Part shown: positions 1-10,016 of the stretch, piece after piece
Layout of the letters: the number at the start of each line of letters is the position of its first letter
Position numbering within the stretch: the first letter of the stretch is position 1
Source of the DNA: an uncultured Chloroflexia bacterium
Lineage (GTDB): Bacteria; Chloroflexota; Anaerolineae; CG2-30-64-16
NCBI GenBank assembly: GCA_963810095.1
Contig: CAWEMM010000009.1
Coordinates: 160,001-224,000, forward strand
Reading direction: 5' to 3'
Length of the DNA: 64,000 bases
The notes under the pieces: generated by a model
Told to the model about the DNA's origin: nothing
The model's input: the letters and a program-made list of their open reading frames with translations, nothing else
Database searches by the model: none
Position numbers and translations under genes: made by a program

Positions 1-2144
1 GGGCCCAGCTTTCCGCATCCGCCAAGCCGCGATTGGAGCAGCGCAAGGTGCGCCGCGTACGCCTCAGCGTCGCGCTCCAGGCTGGGATTACCCGCTGCGG
101 TTGCATGGGCGTACACGAGCGCCACGACGGCCCTCGGCACGTTCGGGCAAGCCCTGGGCCTGGTAGACGGATGCGAGACCAAACCCACTCTGCATCACGA
201 CCAGCGCATAGGCTTCATGGCGGCGATCGAGAACGAACGCGAAGTGTTCCTCGGCACCGGTAAGGTCGTTAAGCGATGTAGCGTCCGCATCCGAGATAGA
301 AGTCCGCGCGGGTTAGGCTGTCGGGAAGGTCCGCGTCGCGGGCCGCCGTCAGCAGGCGGTTGGCGGTCTGAAGCAGGGTTGCGGGATCGGCTTCCATCCA
401 GTAGGCTGCGCACAGGATCATGAGCAGGCGTCCCTGGGCAGCGCTGCCGTGCAGCCTGTCGTCCTGCAACGCGTTCTCGAGCACCGCCACACCCTCTTGC
501 AGCCGGCCTTGCATCTGGAGTGCGCCAAGGTAGTATGTGAGCGCCGCCGCACCGCGCATAGCCCCACTCGCGCGGAACGAGGCCGAGCGCACGCTCGGCC
601 AGGGCGAGCGTGCGGGACGCATCCCCTGACCAATAGGTGACCTGAGAGCGCAGGGCGGCGATCTCCCCCTGCAATTGTCGCGCAACTGTCTCGGATGGCG
701 GGCACTGCTCCATGGCCGCCTCGATTTCGTCGAGGCACACGGCCAGGTCGGATAAGTGGAAGCGGCCGTGCAGCGTCCATGCCTTCAGCATCATCATTTC
801 GGGCCGGGTGTCGACCAGCCGTTGTGGCGCAAGGCTTAGCCAGTGTTCCAGTTGGCCGAATTGCTCCCGGTTCAGCATCTCGTGGCGGTGCTCCTGCACC
901 ATCTGCACCACTGCGTCCTCGTCGCCTGCCGCAAGCGCGTGTTGGATCGCCTCGGCCACCAGGCCATTCTGTGCAAACCACGCACTGGCTCGCCCGTGCA
1001 GCGCGGCGAGTTCGCTTGCGTCGCACCGCCGTTCAAGCTGGCTGCGCAGCAGCTTCTGGAACAGTTGGTGATAACGATACCAGTTACCCTGCGCATCGAG
1101 CGAGAAAGTGAACAGGTTCTGTGCCGCCAGCCACTCGAGGTACGCCTGACCGTCCCACTGTGAACCGGCCTGCCCGGCCACCGCGTCGCAAAGCGGCCCG
1201 GAAAGCCGCGGCAGGATCGAGGTCGTCAGGAGAAACTCGTAGGTGGCAACGGGAATGTGCGCGAACACTTCGTTCAGCAGGTAATCCAGGACATAGCGGC
1301 TATTTACCGCCAGCTCGGGGCTGGAGACATCGCCGCCCGCGGTCAGCGCCAATGCGGCGAGCCGCAGACCGGTAACCCAGCCCTCGGTCCATTCTGCAAG
1401 CGAATTGACGGCTGGCGCATCGAGCGGAACGCCGAGCGTCTGCTCCATGAATGCGGCGATCTCGGCCGGCGTGAAGCGCAGCTCGCGCACCCGGATTTCT
1501 GCCAGCTCGCCCCGTGCCCGCAGCGCATGCAGCGGGATCCGTGGGTCTTGCCGCGTGCTGATGACAAGGTGCAGGCTGCGGGGAGGGTGGCGCAGGATCT
1601 CGCCGAGCAGCGAGTGCACCTCTTGGCCCTGGACGTTCTGATAGTCGTCAAGCACCAGGACAAAGCGTTGTGGCGCGCCGGGTTCAGAGTCCTCGGCCAG
1701 GCGGTCAAGATCATTGGCGAGTGCGGTGACAAACGAGGCGAGCGGCGGACGAGCGGGCGCCTGGAGCAAGCTTAAGGTATCGGCACACGAGTCGGGATAC
1801 AATGAGCGCACACTCGCGACGAAGTATCTGAGGAACAGGGTCAGGTCACTGTCGCTTTCGTCGAGCGACAACCAGGCGTTGGGAAATGGGGCGGCGCTGA
1901 GCCAATCGCTGAGCAGCGTGGTCTTGCCGAAACCCGCGGGCGCACAGACGAGCGTGAGGGTGCGCTCGATATTGCGGTCGAGAGTGTCGCGTACACGCTG
2001 CCGGCGGATCAGGTCGCCCGTGGCGCGGGGGCGATACAGTTTCGTCCGCAGTAGATTTAGCGGTAGCGCTTTGCCTGCCAAGAGATTCCATCCAGTGCTA
2101 CGGGATTCGGTCGGGAACACGGCGGCAGTGAGTTGCCGCATCAT
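1..2144 (-). CDS. MalT-like (STAND ATPase/TPR) LuxR-family transcriptional regulator; 3' end runs off the window; frameshifts near 540 and 270
   Basis: LLRTKLYRP start, Walker A APAGFGKTT, WLSLDESD, LVLDDY, TEGWVTGL and WYRYHQLF are MalT-family motifs. The TPR-like continuation (YYLGALQMQGRLQEG) lies in ORF 269..685. Start codon uncertain. Confidence 0.85.
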
Positions 2145-2436
2145 CCTAGCACGACCGGCCAGGAATGGCAAGCGTGCATGCAAGAGACTGCCTCGCACGA
2201 TTTTGGTTCAGCAAAATACGCTGTAGCACCAACCCTTGACGGCTCCCGCTCTCCGCCTGGCGGCGGTGCCCGAGCGGCCTTGCAGGACTTAGCATCTCTT
2301 CATCCGGGATTAATCACGCTAGCCATCTGTCCATTGTAAGAGTGAGACAAATCGACTATCATGGAGGCGCGACCCACGCGAGTTTTGACGCGTACGCGTC
2401 ATGCGCCGGGCAGGGCGCCCACGGAGGTAAAGTCAC

Positions 2437-3678
2437 ATGCCCGATTCAGCCCCAACTACCGTCGACCAGTCTCGGGAAGCCTGGCGGAATCTTTGGACCA
2501 AAATCGCAAGCATCACCCCCAAGCAGGCGGGGCGGCTGGCGCTGGCGCTTGGCGCTGTCGCAGTTGCGGTCTGGGTCGCAGTCGCCTCCTGGCCCGCGCT
2601 GCTGCCATTCATCGTCGGTGGGGTGATCGCATATACGGTGCTGCCGCTTGTCAACGCGCTGGACAAATTCTTGCCCCGGTTCGTGGCCTCGCTGCTCGGG
2701 GTGCTATTTGCCGTTGCTGCACTGGTCGGGCTGGCCTACGTGATCGTGCCGCCGCTCGTGACCGAGCTTCTGCGACTGATCGACGCTCTGCCCGACGAGG
2801 CTCAGATCCAAGCAATCTCGCAACAGATCGCGGCGGCCCCTCGGTTCATACTGCTTCCACGGGTTGTCCAGGTGCAGTTGCTCGACATCGTCGCCAACAC
2901 ACTCGGCCGGCTGCAGCCAGCGGCCGAAAGTATCCTGCCCTCGCTTCTGAGCGATAGCCCGATTCTGACGCTCGTCAACACCTTCAGCAACGTGCTCGGC
3001 CTGATCGTGCTGCCCACCTGGGCGCTTTCGTTGCTCAAGGATCAGCCGCGTGCCTGGCCGAGCGTCGCCAACGTGCTGCCACCCGGCATGCGCCGGGATG
3101 CCCGTGCGTATGTGCGCATTCTGGACAACGCCTTCGGCACGTTCTTCCGCGGGCAAATCATTGTTGGCTTTGCGGTCGGGCTCGCAACCTACGCCGGCTT
3201 GTACCTGCTCGATCAGTACACCGCGATCGATATCCGGTACAAGCTGCCCCTCGCGGTGTTGGCGGGCTTTCTGCAGCTGATTCCCGAAGTCGGGCCGATG
3301 CTCAATATCATCGGCACGACGCTGCTGGCCCTGCTCGCTCTTGGCCGCCTGCCCGCGCTCGAGGTCCTGCTGCTGTACCTCGGCATCCAGTGGCTCACGG
3401 GGAAACTGTTGGCCGATCGCTACTCGAACAGATTGCTCGACGCACACCCCGCGGTGCTCGTGATCGTGATCGTCGCACTAACCCAGCTCGGACCCTTATG
3501 GTTTTTCCTCGCTGCACCGCTTGCCTCGGTGTCGCGGGACATGTGGCGATACACCTACGGCCGGCTCAGAGAGCCGAGTTTGCCCGCGGGCCTCTTGCCT
3601 GCCCAGCGTGATGCCTATCAGCGTACTCTCGAGCAGCAAACAGCCCGCCCGCTGCCTGCTGCTTATCGCAGGCGCTAG
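2437..3678 (+). CDS. AI-2E family (PerM-like) transporter
   Basis: Multi-TM protein with FFRGQIIV, LQLIPEVGP and HPAVLV...FLAAPL motifs. GGAGG RBS upstream. Confidence 0.85.
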   Translation: MPDSAPTTVDQSREAWRNLWTKIASITPKQAGRLALALGAVAVAVWVAVASWPALLPFIVGGVIAYTVLPLVNALDKFLPRFVASLLGVLFAVAALVGLAYVIVPPLVTELLRLIDALPDEAQIQAISQQIAAAPRFILLPRVVQVQLLDIVANTLGRLQPAAESILPSLLSDSPILTLVNTFSNVLGLIVLPTWALSLLKDQPRAWPSVANVLPPGMRRDARAYVRILDNAFGTFFRGQIIVGFAVGLATYAGLYLLDQYTAIDIRYKLPLAVLAGFLQLIPEVGPMLNIIGTTLLALLALGRLPALEVLLLYLGIQWLTGKLLADRYSNRLLDAHPAVLVIVIVALTQLGPLWFFLAAPLASVSRDMWRYTYGRLREPSLPAGLLPAQRDAYQRTLEQQTARPLPAAYRRR

Positions 3679-3704
3679 ACCGAAGGCCCCAGGAGGAAGG
3701 AATC

Positions 3705-4793
3705 ATGGCGAACAACGATACGTACGAGATTGATCCGAACACACTCCAACCCCAGCTCACCCAGGCGCGGGTGCCGCTGGATGAGGCGGGCGATGCATTG
3801 ATGGTGCGCGATGCCAGCGGCCGCATTCCTATCGTGGTGATACCGAAGCGCACCAGTCGGGTGAACCCCTGGCTGGTCCTGGCCGGCGCGGCCGCCATCG
3901 TGGCGGGCGCAGTCGCGACGGCCAACTACGATACGGCGCTGTGGGTTGGTATTGCGCTCCCCGCCGGCGCCTTATTGATCTTTTTTGGCCTCTTCCAGGC
4001 GTTCAGGGTGATGGTGCCCGAGGGTGCGAACGCCCTGTTGTTGCGCGGGGGCAAGTACTACAAGACGCTCGACAGCGGCATGCACTGGGTTCTGCCCTAT
4101 TACCCGGTCTCGCACCTGATCACTCGCCGCGTCATTCCGTTCGATGTGCCCGCCTATGTCAGCCCCACGGGTGACAATGTCCCGGCCACAGTCGACACGC
4201 TGGTCATGTTTCATATTGCGGACCCCTACAAGTTCGTATACCGAATCTCGGCCGACGACTTCGATCACGTCTTTCTCGCGGCCTGCCAGGATGCCTTACG
4301 CCAACTGGTGCGCTCCATCCCCTGGCACGACGTGCTTAACCTGAGCCAGGCAAGCACGGCCACCCTGCGCGCGGCTATCGCCGCCGACGTCGACGACTAC
4401 GGCGTCGAGGTCGACAGGGTCAACATCACCTATGCGGCGCCCCCCCTGGACTTCATGAAATCACAGGAGATGCGCGAGCTCTGGACCGTGCAGAAGGCCG
4501 AGGTGGGCCAGCGCCAGTTGCTCGAGGTGGAGCGGGTGGAGCAGGAAGCCGCGGCGGAGGCGCTCCGCCTTCAGAGGCTGCAGGAGCGGCTCGAGCACTT
4601 CCCCGAAGCAACCCGGTGGGAATGGGAAGGCGTCAAGCTCGAAGTGGCCCGCTCGCTGGCCGGCAACACCCGGGCGTTTGTACAGCTCGGCGAAGGCACC
4701 GATATTGCGCGGGCGTTCGTGGCTTCTGAGTTGATGGCTGGCAATCGGGTCGAGGATGCCGCGCTGGCGGCGAGCAAGATTCCGGCGGAATGA
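3705..4793 (+). CDS. SPFH/band-7 domain membrane protein
   Basis: Two TM helices, then VPEG..LL.RGGKY.KTL.SG.HW and DDYGVEV.RVNI, followed by a coiled-coil tail. AGGAGG RBS. Confidence 0.85.
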   Translation: MANNDTYEIDPNTLQPQLTQARVPLDEAGDALMVRDASGRIPIVVIPKRTSRVNPWLVLAGAAAIVAGAVATANYDTALWVGIALPAGALLIFFGLFQAFRVMVPEGANALLLRGGKYYKTLDSGMHWVLPYYPVSHLITRRVIPFDVPAYVSPTGDNVPATVDTLVMFHIADPYKFVYRISADDFDHVFLAACQDALRQLVRSIPWHDVLNLSQASTATLRAAIAADVDDYGVEVDRVNITYAAPPLDFMKSQEMRELWTVQKAEVGQRQLLEVERVEQEAAAEALRLQRLQERLEHFPEATRWEWEGVKLEVARSLAGNTRAFVQLGEGTDIARAFVASELMAGNRVEDAALAASKIPAE

Positions 4794-4809
4794 GCCGGGA
4801 GGGCCGGGG

Positions 4810-5190
4810 CTAACGGTCGTGCTTCGCCGCCGTTTCGCCTAGCACCCGCCGGCAGGCCGCAAGGAGCGCGTCGGGCGGGTCACCCTTGTAAACAAAATCG
4901 TCTGCCCCAACGGCCAGGGCCGGTTGTCTCGCTTCGGGACGCCGGCCCATTATGATTAACTTGGGGGCCGGTGCCCGTCCACGGCGGCCGCAGAGTAGCG
5001 CAGGAGCCGGCCGCCCCGGCAAGTCCCAGTCGAGCAGCACCAGGTGGGGCCGAAAAATGCGCAGTTGCTCGACCAGGCTGTCGAGATCAAGGCATTCCGC
5101 GACGATGACGGGCCCCGGCTCCTGCGAAAGCAGGACGTGCAGCGCCGAGCGCACTCGGATGTCCCCGTCAGCTACGAGTATTCGCATCAT
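4810..5190 (-). CDS. Stand-alone response-regulator receiver domain
   Basis: RILVADGD, LVLLDWDLP and GADDFVYK motifs; no output domain. Confidence 0.8.
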   Translation of the reverse strand: MMRILVADGDIRVRSALHVLLSQEPGPVIVAECLDLDSLVEQLRIFRPHLVLLDWDLPGRPAPALLCGRRGRAPAPKLIIMGRRPEARQPALAVGADDFVYKGDPPDALLAACRRVLGETAAKHDR

Positions 5191-5220
5191 CTGAACGCGT
5201 CTTCCAGCCCTTCGCCATTA

Positions 5221-5328
5221 GAATCTATCCGGAAATGCTCTGGCCGGTCTCGTACGCCAGCTTCGCTGGCGCCCGGGCCAGACGGGGCACGGTCAGAAAC
5301 CGGCCCCGGCTAATACTCGGATAGATAC
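5221..5328 (+). mobile_element. MITE-like element family A, copy 1 (108 bp)
   Basis: Terminal inverted repeats GAATCTATCCG...CGGATAGATAC flanked by TTA on both sides. Internal GGGGCACGGTCAGAAACCGGCCCC hairpin. Homologous to 15466-15573 and 28637-28746. Confidence 0.75.
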
Positions 5329-5344
5329 TTAGGAAGCTGCACGC

Positions 5345-5413
5345 ATTGTAAGAGGATGCGCAGGCGCGGACAACCTGCGTTCGTTTAGTGGGTCACTGGA
5401 TGAACGTTTAGTG
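5345..5413 (-). promoter_or_regulatory. Putative promoter of the receiver gene: direct repeats CACTAAACG and a -10 TACAAT
   Basis: CGTTTAGTG occurs at 5382-5390 and 5405-5413 (23-bp period). ATTGTA at 5345-5350 reads TACAAT on the minus strand. Lies just downstream of a NarL-family regulator gene. Confidence 0.4.
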
Positions 5414-5515
5414 TGGGGAGCCTATGGTCTGGACGGGGGTGCCAGGTACACCACCGGGGAGAGGCTTCAGCCCGTCTAGCCGGCCGAAGTCTCCACGACG
5501 TTGCCCGGCCCGGCG

Positions 5516-6166
5516 TCAGTCCAACAAACCGTGCTTAACCGCCAGCGCCGCAGCTTCGGCGCGGTTTGCTGCGCCGAGCTTGGCCAGGATTGCGCTGACG
5601 TGAAAGCGGACGGTCGAGAGCCCGAGGTACAGCTGCTTGGCAATCTCCTGGTTGCTGCGCCCCTGCACGACCAGTGCCAATACTTGACGCTGGCGGTCGG
5701 TCAGGTCTTCGATCAACTCGGGCCGCGCACTTTGGGCTTGGATGAGGGCCTGGGTTGCAGCTCGGTGCAGGGTGGATTGGCCCCGGCTGGCACTGCGCAC
5801 GGCTTGCGCTAACTCGTCAATCGCCACATCCTTCAGCAGGTAGCCGATCGCCCCCGCCTTGAGCGCATCCCGCACCAGCTGGGCCTCGTGAAAGCTGGAG
5901 AGCACGAGCACCTGCGTCGTCGGGTTCTGCTCCCTGATTTTCCGCGTCGCAGCCGAACCGTCCATGCCCGGCATCATCATGTCCATCACCACCACGTCAG
6001 GACGGTGCATATCACAGAGGCGGACTGCCTCGTCACCGTTGCTGGCTTCACCCACGACGCAGATATCGTCAAAGGCCCCCAGCGCGAAGGCAATGCCGCG
6101 CCGTACGACGGGATGATCGTCGACCACCAGTGTCCGAACCAGGTTGTTGTCATACATGCAGGTCAC
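5516..6166 (-). CDS. NarL/LuxR-family response regulator
   Basis: VVDDHPVVRRG and VVMDMMMPGMDG receiver motifs; LuxR HTH LTDRQRQVL...SNQEIA...TVRFHVSAILAKL. Confidence 0.95.
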   Translation of the reverse strand: MTCMYDNNLVRTLVVDDHPVVRRGIAFALGAFDDICVVGEASNGDEAVRLCDMHRPDVVVMDMMMPGMDGSAATRKIREQNPTTQVLVLSSFHEAQLVRDALKAGAIGYLLKDVAIDELAQAVRSASRGQSTLHRAATQALIQAQSARPELIEDLTDRQRQVLALVVQGRSNQEIAKQLYLGLSTVRFHVSAILAKLGAANRAEAAALAVKHGLLD

Positions 6167-7838
6167 TCCTCCTGCGCGGTCGATAGCTGACGCGCACCTC
6201 GGTGCCCCGTCCCGGTGCGCTTCGGACGGTCAGTTTTGCCCCCATCTGTCTGGCCCGCTCCTGCATAATGCACAGGCCCATCTGGCCCTCTGCCCGCGCG
6301 TCAACTTCGAACCCGCAGCCATCGTCTACAATGGCCAGCCGGACCTCCTGCGACCGGGCCCGGTAGTCGACTTCAACGTGCGAGGCGGCAGCATGCTTCA
6401 CGACGTTGCTGAGCGCTTCCTGGGCGATCCGATAGAGGGCTAGCTTCACATCGGCCGGCGGTTCCACCTCTGCCACGGCATCGGTCATCACGGGGATCAG
6501 CAGTCGGGTCGCGGCAGCCTCCCCCAGCTGGCGTATCAGATCGGGTAGGGGCTTTTCGATCAGCGCTGCGGGACGCAGCTCCATGAGCAGCATGCGCATC
6601 TCTGCCAGTGCGCCGCGGGTCCACTGCCGCAATTCTGCCAGTGCCGCCCGCCCCGCAGCGGGATCACGCTCCCACACCCACGGCAATGCCTCGGCCACCA
6701 CGCTCGCGGAGAAGAGGGTCTGCGTGACCGCGTCATGCAGGTCCCTGGCGATGCGGCTGCGCTCATTTTCGATCGCGGTCTGTTCGGCGCGCTTGCGGAG
6801 CTCCGCATTGTCCACAGCCAGGCCGATTTGGCGGGCAAAGAGGTAGTTAAGCTCCACGTCGCCCTCGTCAAGGTCGTGCCGGTCGCCATGGTAGACGGCC
6901 AGGTAGCCGTAAAGCCTGTCTGCACACTGGATCGGCGTCGCGATCAGGCTGTGGGCGGGCGAGGAAGGCACGTGGGAAGCGCCTGGGGATGCCTGCGCCG
7001 CGTCCACAAGGGGGGTGTGGGTCACAACCACCCCCCGCGGCCGTGCCAGGGCTTGCGCCAGGACCGCCGGCGTGAGGACCTTGTCGATCGTCCCCTTCCG
7101 TGGGGGCCGCGCTTCAGACCCCGCCACGAGCACCGGGTGATCCCAGCCCTCCGCGACGGAGTAGATGGCGGCAGCCGAGCCGCCCGAGGTGGCGCGCACA
7201 CGCTCCACCATCGCATCGAGCGCATCATCGATGTGCCGTCCCGAGCTGGCAATTGCCAGGAGATCGGCCACGGCTTCCGCCGTGCGCTGACGGCTCTCGG
7301 CCGCAGCACGCGCGGTCTCTGCCTCGCGACAGGCGGATTCCGCCGCCTCCTTCGCTGCGCGCAACTCCGCCTCATTCAGCTTCTGCTGCGTGATGTTCTC
7401 ATGGGACACCACCACGTGGCGCGCACCGTCAAGCTCGAACGCCGTGACCTGCTGGAGGAAGTGGCAGCCGCCGGGGGTGTCGCATGAATACTCCACGCGG
7501 TAGGAGGCAGTCGAGCCCTGCAGCACCCCCCGGATGCCGCCTGCGATATTGGCAGTGCCCGGGTCGCTCTCGGCAGCCCGGTCAAGCGCTGCCAGATAGT
7601 TGAAGCCAACGCCATGACGGGGCCAACGCAAGCCGTTCTCGTCCGCATAACGGCGCCAAGGGTCGTTAACGGCAACGATGACGCCGCGGGCATCGAGCAC
7701 TGCCACACTGATACCCAACGCGCTCAGCGCCGAGGCAAGCGCAGGCGCAGGTGCAGAGAGCCTGCCGTTACCGCCCTCGAACGCGGCCGGCCGGCTGGGT
7801 TTGTGTTGGCCCGGCTTAAAAATGACTGTTGCGCTCAT
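6150..7838 (-). CDS. Cytoplasmic PAS-GAF histidine kinase (HisKA_3 type)
   Basis: PAS (VAVLDARGVIVAVN), GAF, H-box ERSRIARDLHDAVTQ, QEALSNVVKHA and DDGCGF. Overlaps the regulator start. Confidence 0.9.
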   Translation of the reverse strand: MSATVIFKPGQHKPSRPAAFEGGNGRLSAPAPALASALSALGISVAVLDARGVIVAVNDPWRRYADENGLRWPRHGVGFNYLAALDRAAESDPGTANIAGGIRGVLQGSTASYRVEYSCDTPGGCHFLQQVTAFELDGARHVVVSHENITQQKLNEAELRAAKEAAESACREAETARAAAESRQRTAEAVADLLAIASSGRHIDDALDAMVERVRATSGGSAAAIYSVAEGWDHPVLVAGSEARPPRKGTIDKVLTPAVLAQALARPRGVVVTHTPLVDAAQASPGASHVPSSPAHSLIATPIQCADRLYGYLAVYHGDRHDLDEGDVELNYLFARQIGLAVDNAELRKRAEQTAIENERSRIARDLHDAVTQTLFSASVVAEALPWVWERDPAAGRAALAELRQWTRGALAEMRMLLMELRPAALIEKPLPDLIRQLGEAAATRLLIPVMTDAVAEVEPPADVKLALYRIAQEALSNVVKHAAASHVEVDYRARSQEVRLAIVDDGCGFEVDARAEGQMGLCIMQERARQMGAKLTVRSAPGRGTEVRVSYRPRRRSDLHV

Positions 7839-8085
7839 CCGCAATCCATCGCATAATACAAAAGTCGCATGCAGTATCGGACCCGGGGCGATCATTCACA
7901 AGACCCGAAAGGGTGCAAAAAAGGAGTACTGGCCTTTGATATAGTATGGGACTGGCCGAACGGTTGTTGTCAGCGCGCGACCGGCTGCTTATGTTCCTGA
8001 GGGTCGTTCCGCCAGCCGCGCCGTCAGTGCTCAGTGGGCGGGTTTTGTGCCCGTGTCACCTGATTTTTATCTCGAGGAGACACAC

Positions 8086-8698
8086 ATGACCGCAGAGGTG
8101 AAATCGAAAGCGACCCAGGGGGCTAAGCAGGCTGCGCCGTGGCGCAGAGGCATTCCCTGGGGCATCGTGCTGGCTGAGGGCATCGTTCTCTTGGCCGTAG
8201 GACTCTTTCTGCTCTTCGCCCCTCAACAGTCCGCACGCATCGTCGCCGAGATCCTGGCCGTCGTCCTAGGCGTCACCGGAGCGATCCAACTGATCGCTGC
8301 GCTGCGTGCGAAGCAGGAGGGACGGCTGGGCGAACTGAACACCCTGCCGCGGCGCCCTCGGCCTTGGCGTTGGCGCACTCATCCTGTTTCTTCTGCTGAT
8401 CAACGCGCTGTCCTTCCAGGCCGGACAGATCATCCTTGGCCTCGGTGCGCTGGCATACGGCGGTATCGGCCTCTACCTGGTCTATCTGACGCGTGAAAGC
8501 GGCGTGCGCCTCTTGCCGGCGATTGGCAACAGCCTCTGGGTGTTGTTCGGCGCGTTGCTCCTGATCGGCGCGGCCGGCAGCACACTCTTTACCTGGGTTG
8601 CCCAGTTGATAAACCTCGTCCTGCTCTTGGGCGGACTCTTCCTGATCGTCTGGGCGTTCGTCATCCGGAATGGCCGGAAATCTACCCCAGTTAGTTAG
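8086..8698 (+). CDS. HdeD/DUF308-like membrane protein; frameshift near 8345
   Basis: GAGGAG RBS. W.IVLAEGIVLLAVGLFLLFAP start; hydrophobic continuation in another frame joins ORF 8504..8698. Confidence 0.65.
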
Positions 8699-8739
8699 CA
8701 CAGGCGCCCGCGTCTCACCCGGAAAGGAGAACAGGTCAC

Positions 8740-9339
8740 ATGGAAGGCATCAACGTCGTCTGGGGTCTTATTGCCATTGCTGCAGGCATCTTCGTTTGCG
8801 TCTACGGCAACCTGCTCTTTCGCTTCGTCATCGCAGTGCTCGGCTTCATGATCGGCTTCTGGCTGGTCATGGCGCTCCTGCCCATGTCGAATGCCGCGCT
8901 CCAGGTCGTCCTCGCCATCATCGTCGGCGGCGCGTTCGCAGGCATCCTCTACAGCCTGTTCCGGCTGGCGCTGCACATCGCCGGCGCGCTGCTCGGCGCG
9001 GTCCTGGTGATGGTCGTCCTGGCCTTAATCGGCTGGGTCGGCGGGGGGAACTTCGGCGTCTTCAGCTGGATCCTCGTCATCGCGGGCGCTGCGGTCCTCG
9101 GGTTCTTCGGGAACCGGCTGGGCAACGCGATCATTCCTCTCGCCACGTCCCTCGCAGGCGCTGCGGCGGTCGTCGGCGGCATCAGCCGCCTCTTCATGGC
9201 GAACCTGGGCGTGGACACTGCCGACCCGATCAAGGTCATGTCGAACGGTTTTGCCTTCGTCCTGTTCCTGATCATCGCGATCATCAGCACGCTCGCGCAG
9301 TTCCAGATCGCCGACCTGCGCCGGCGGCTGTTGCGCTGA
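8740..9339 (+). CDS. DUF4203/TMEM198-like membrane protein
   Basis: G..VCVYG..LFR..IAVLGF..G and ATSLAGA patterns; AGGAG RBS. Confidence 0.75.
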   Translation: MEGINVVWGLIAIAAGIFVCVYGNLLFRFVIAVLGFMIGFWLVMALLPMSNAALQVVLAIIVGGAFAGILYSLFRLALHIAGALLGAVLVMVVLALIGWVGGGNFGVFSWILVIAGAAVLGFFGNRLGNAIIPLATSLAGAAAVVGGISRLFMANLGVDTADPIKVMSNGFAFVLFLIIAIISTLAQFQIADLRRRLLR

Positions 9340-9447
9340 TGCCAGTCCGGCGGCCGTCGTCTCGCATTTCGTGGGCTACCCGGCGGAGTGTGTGAGGCGG
9401 CCAGGCGGGCCGGCTACCGTCAATCTAACACAACTTGGAGGTTGGGT

Positions 9448-9921
9448 ATGTCGAACCTGATAGTCATCACTTTCCCAAATGTGGACGACGCGGATAAGGC
9501 CCGCGAGGCCCTCAAGTCCCTGAGCGGCGAGGGCTTGGGCCGCATCGAAGATTCTGCCGTCATCGTCAAAGACGCCGAGGGCAAGGTGAAGGTGCACGGC
9601 CAGGCCTCGAGCGGCGCAAAAGGCGGCGCGGCGGTTGGTGGGCTGCTCGGGCTGGTCATCGCGGGCATTTTCCCGATCGCAGGGATCGTGCTCGGCGCAG
9701 CGGCCGGCGCCTTCATCGGCCGGTCGTTCACCGACCATGTGGACAAGAAGTTTGTCAAGGATGTCGAGCAAGCGATGGCTCCAGATTCGTCGGCGCTCTT
9801 CATTCTTGGCAAAGGCAGCCCGGATGCCGTGGCCGCGGCCTTGCGCCCCTTCGAGGGCACGCTGTACCACACCAATATGGACGAAGAGAAGGAACAGGTG
9901 CTGCGCGACGCCTTGAAGTAG
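9448..9921 (+). CDS. DUF1269 family membrane protein
   Basis: MSNLIVITF, IEDSAVIVKD.EGKVKV, glycine zipper, and SSALFIL. GGAGG RBS. Confidence 0.85.
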   Translation: MSNLIVITFPNVDDADKAREALKSLSGEGLGRIEDSAVIVKDAEGKVKVHGQASSGAKGGAAVGGLLGLVIAGIFPIAGIVLGAAAGAFIGRSFTDHVDKKFVKDVEQAMAPDSSALFILGKGSPDAVAAALRPFEGTLYHTNMDEEKEQVLRDALK

Positions 9922-9936
9922 CCGGCGCTGCCTTTC

Positions 9937-9976
9937 ACGACAACACGGGCGGCCCAGCGGCCGCCCGTGTTGTCGT
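9937..9976. terminator. Long GC hairpin between convergent genes
   Basis: ACGACAACACGGGCGGCC-cagc-GGCCGCCCGTGTTGTCGT is a perfect 18-bp stem. Confidence 0.6.
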
Positions 9977-10016
9977 TCCGTTACCCCGCGTGCGGATGTG
10001 AACCCGCCCGCACCCA

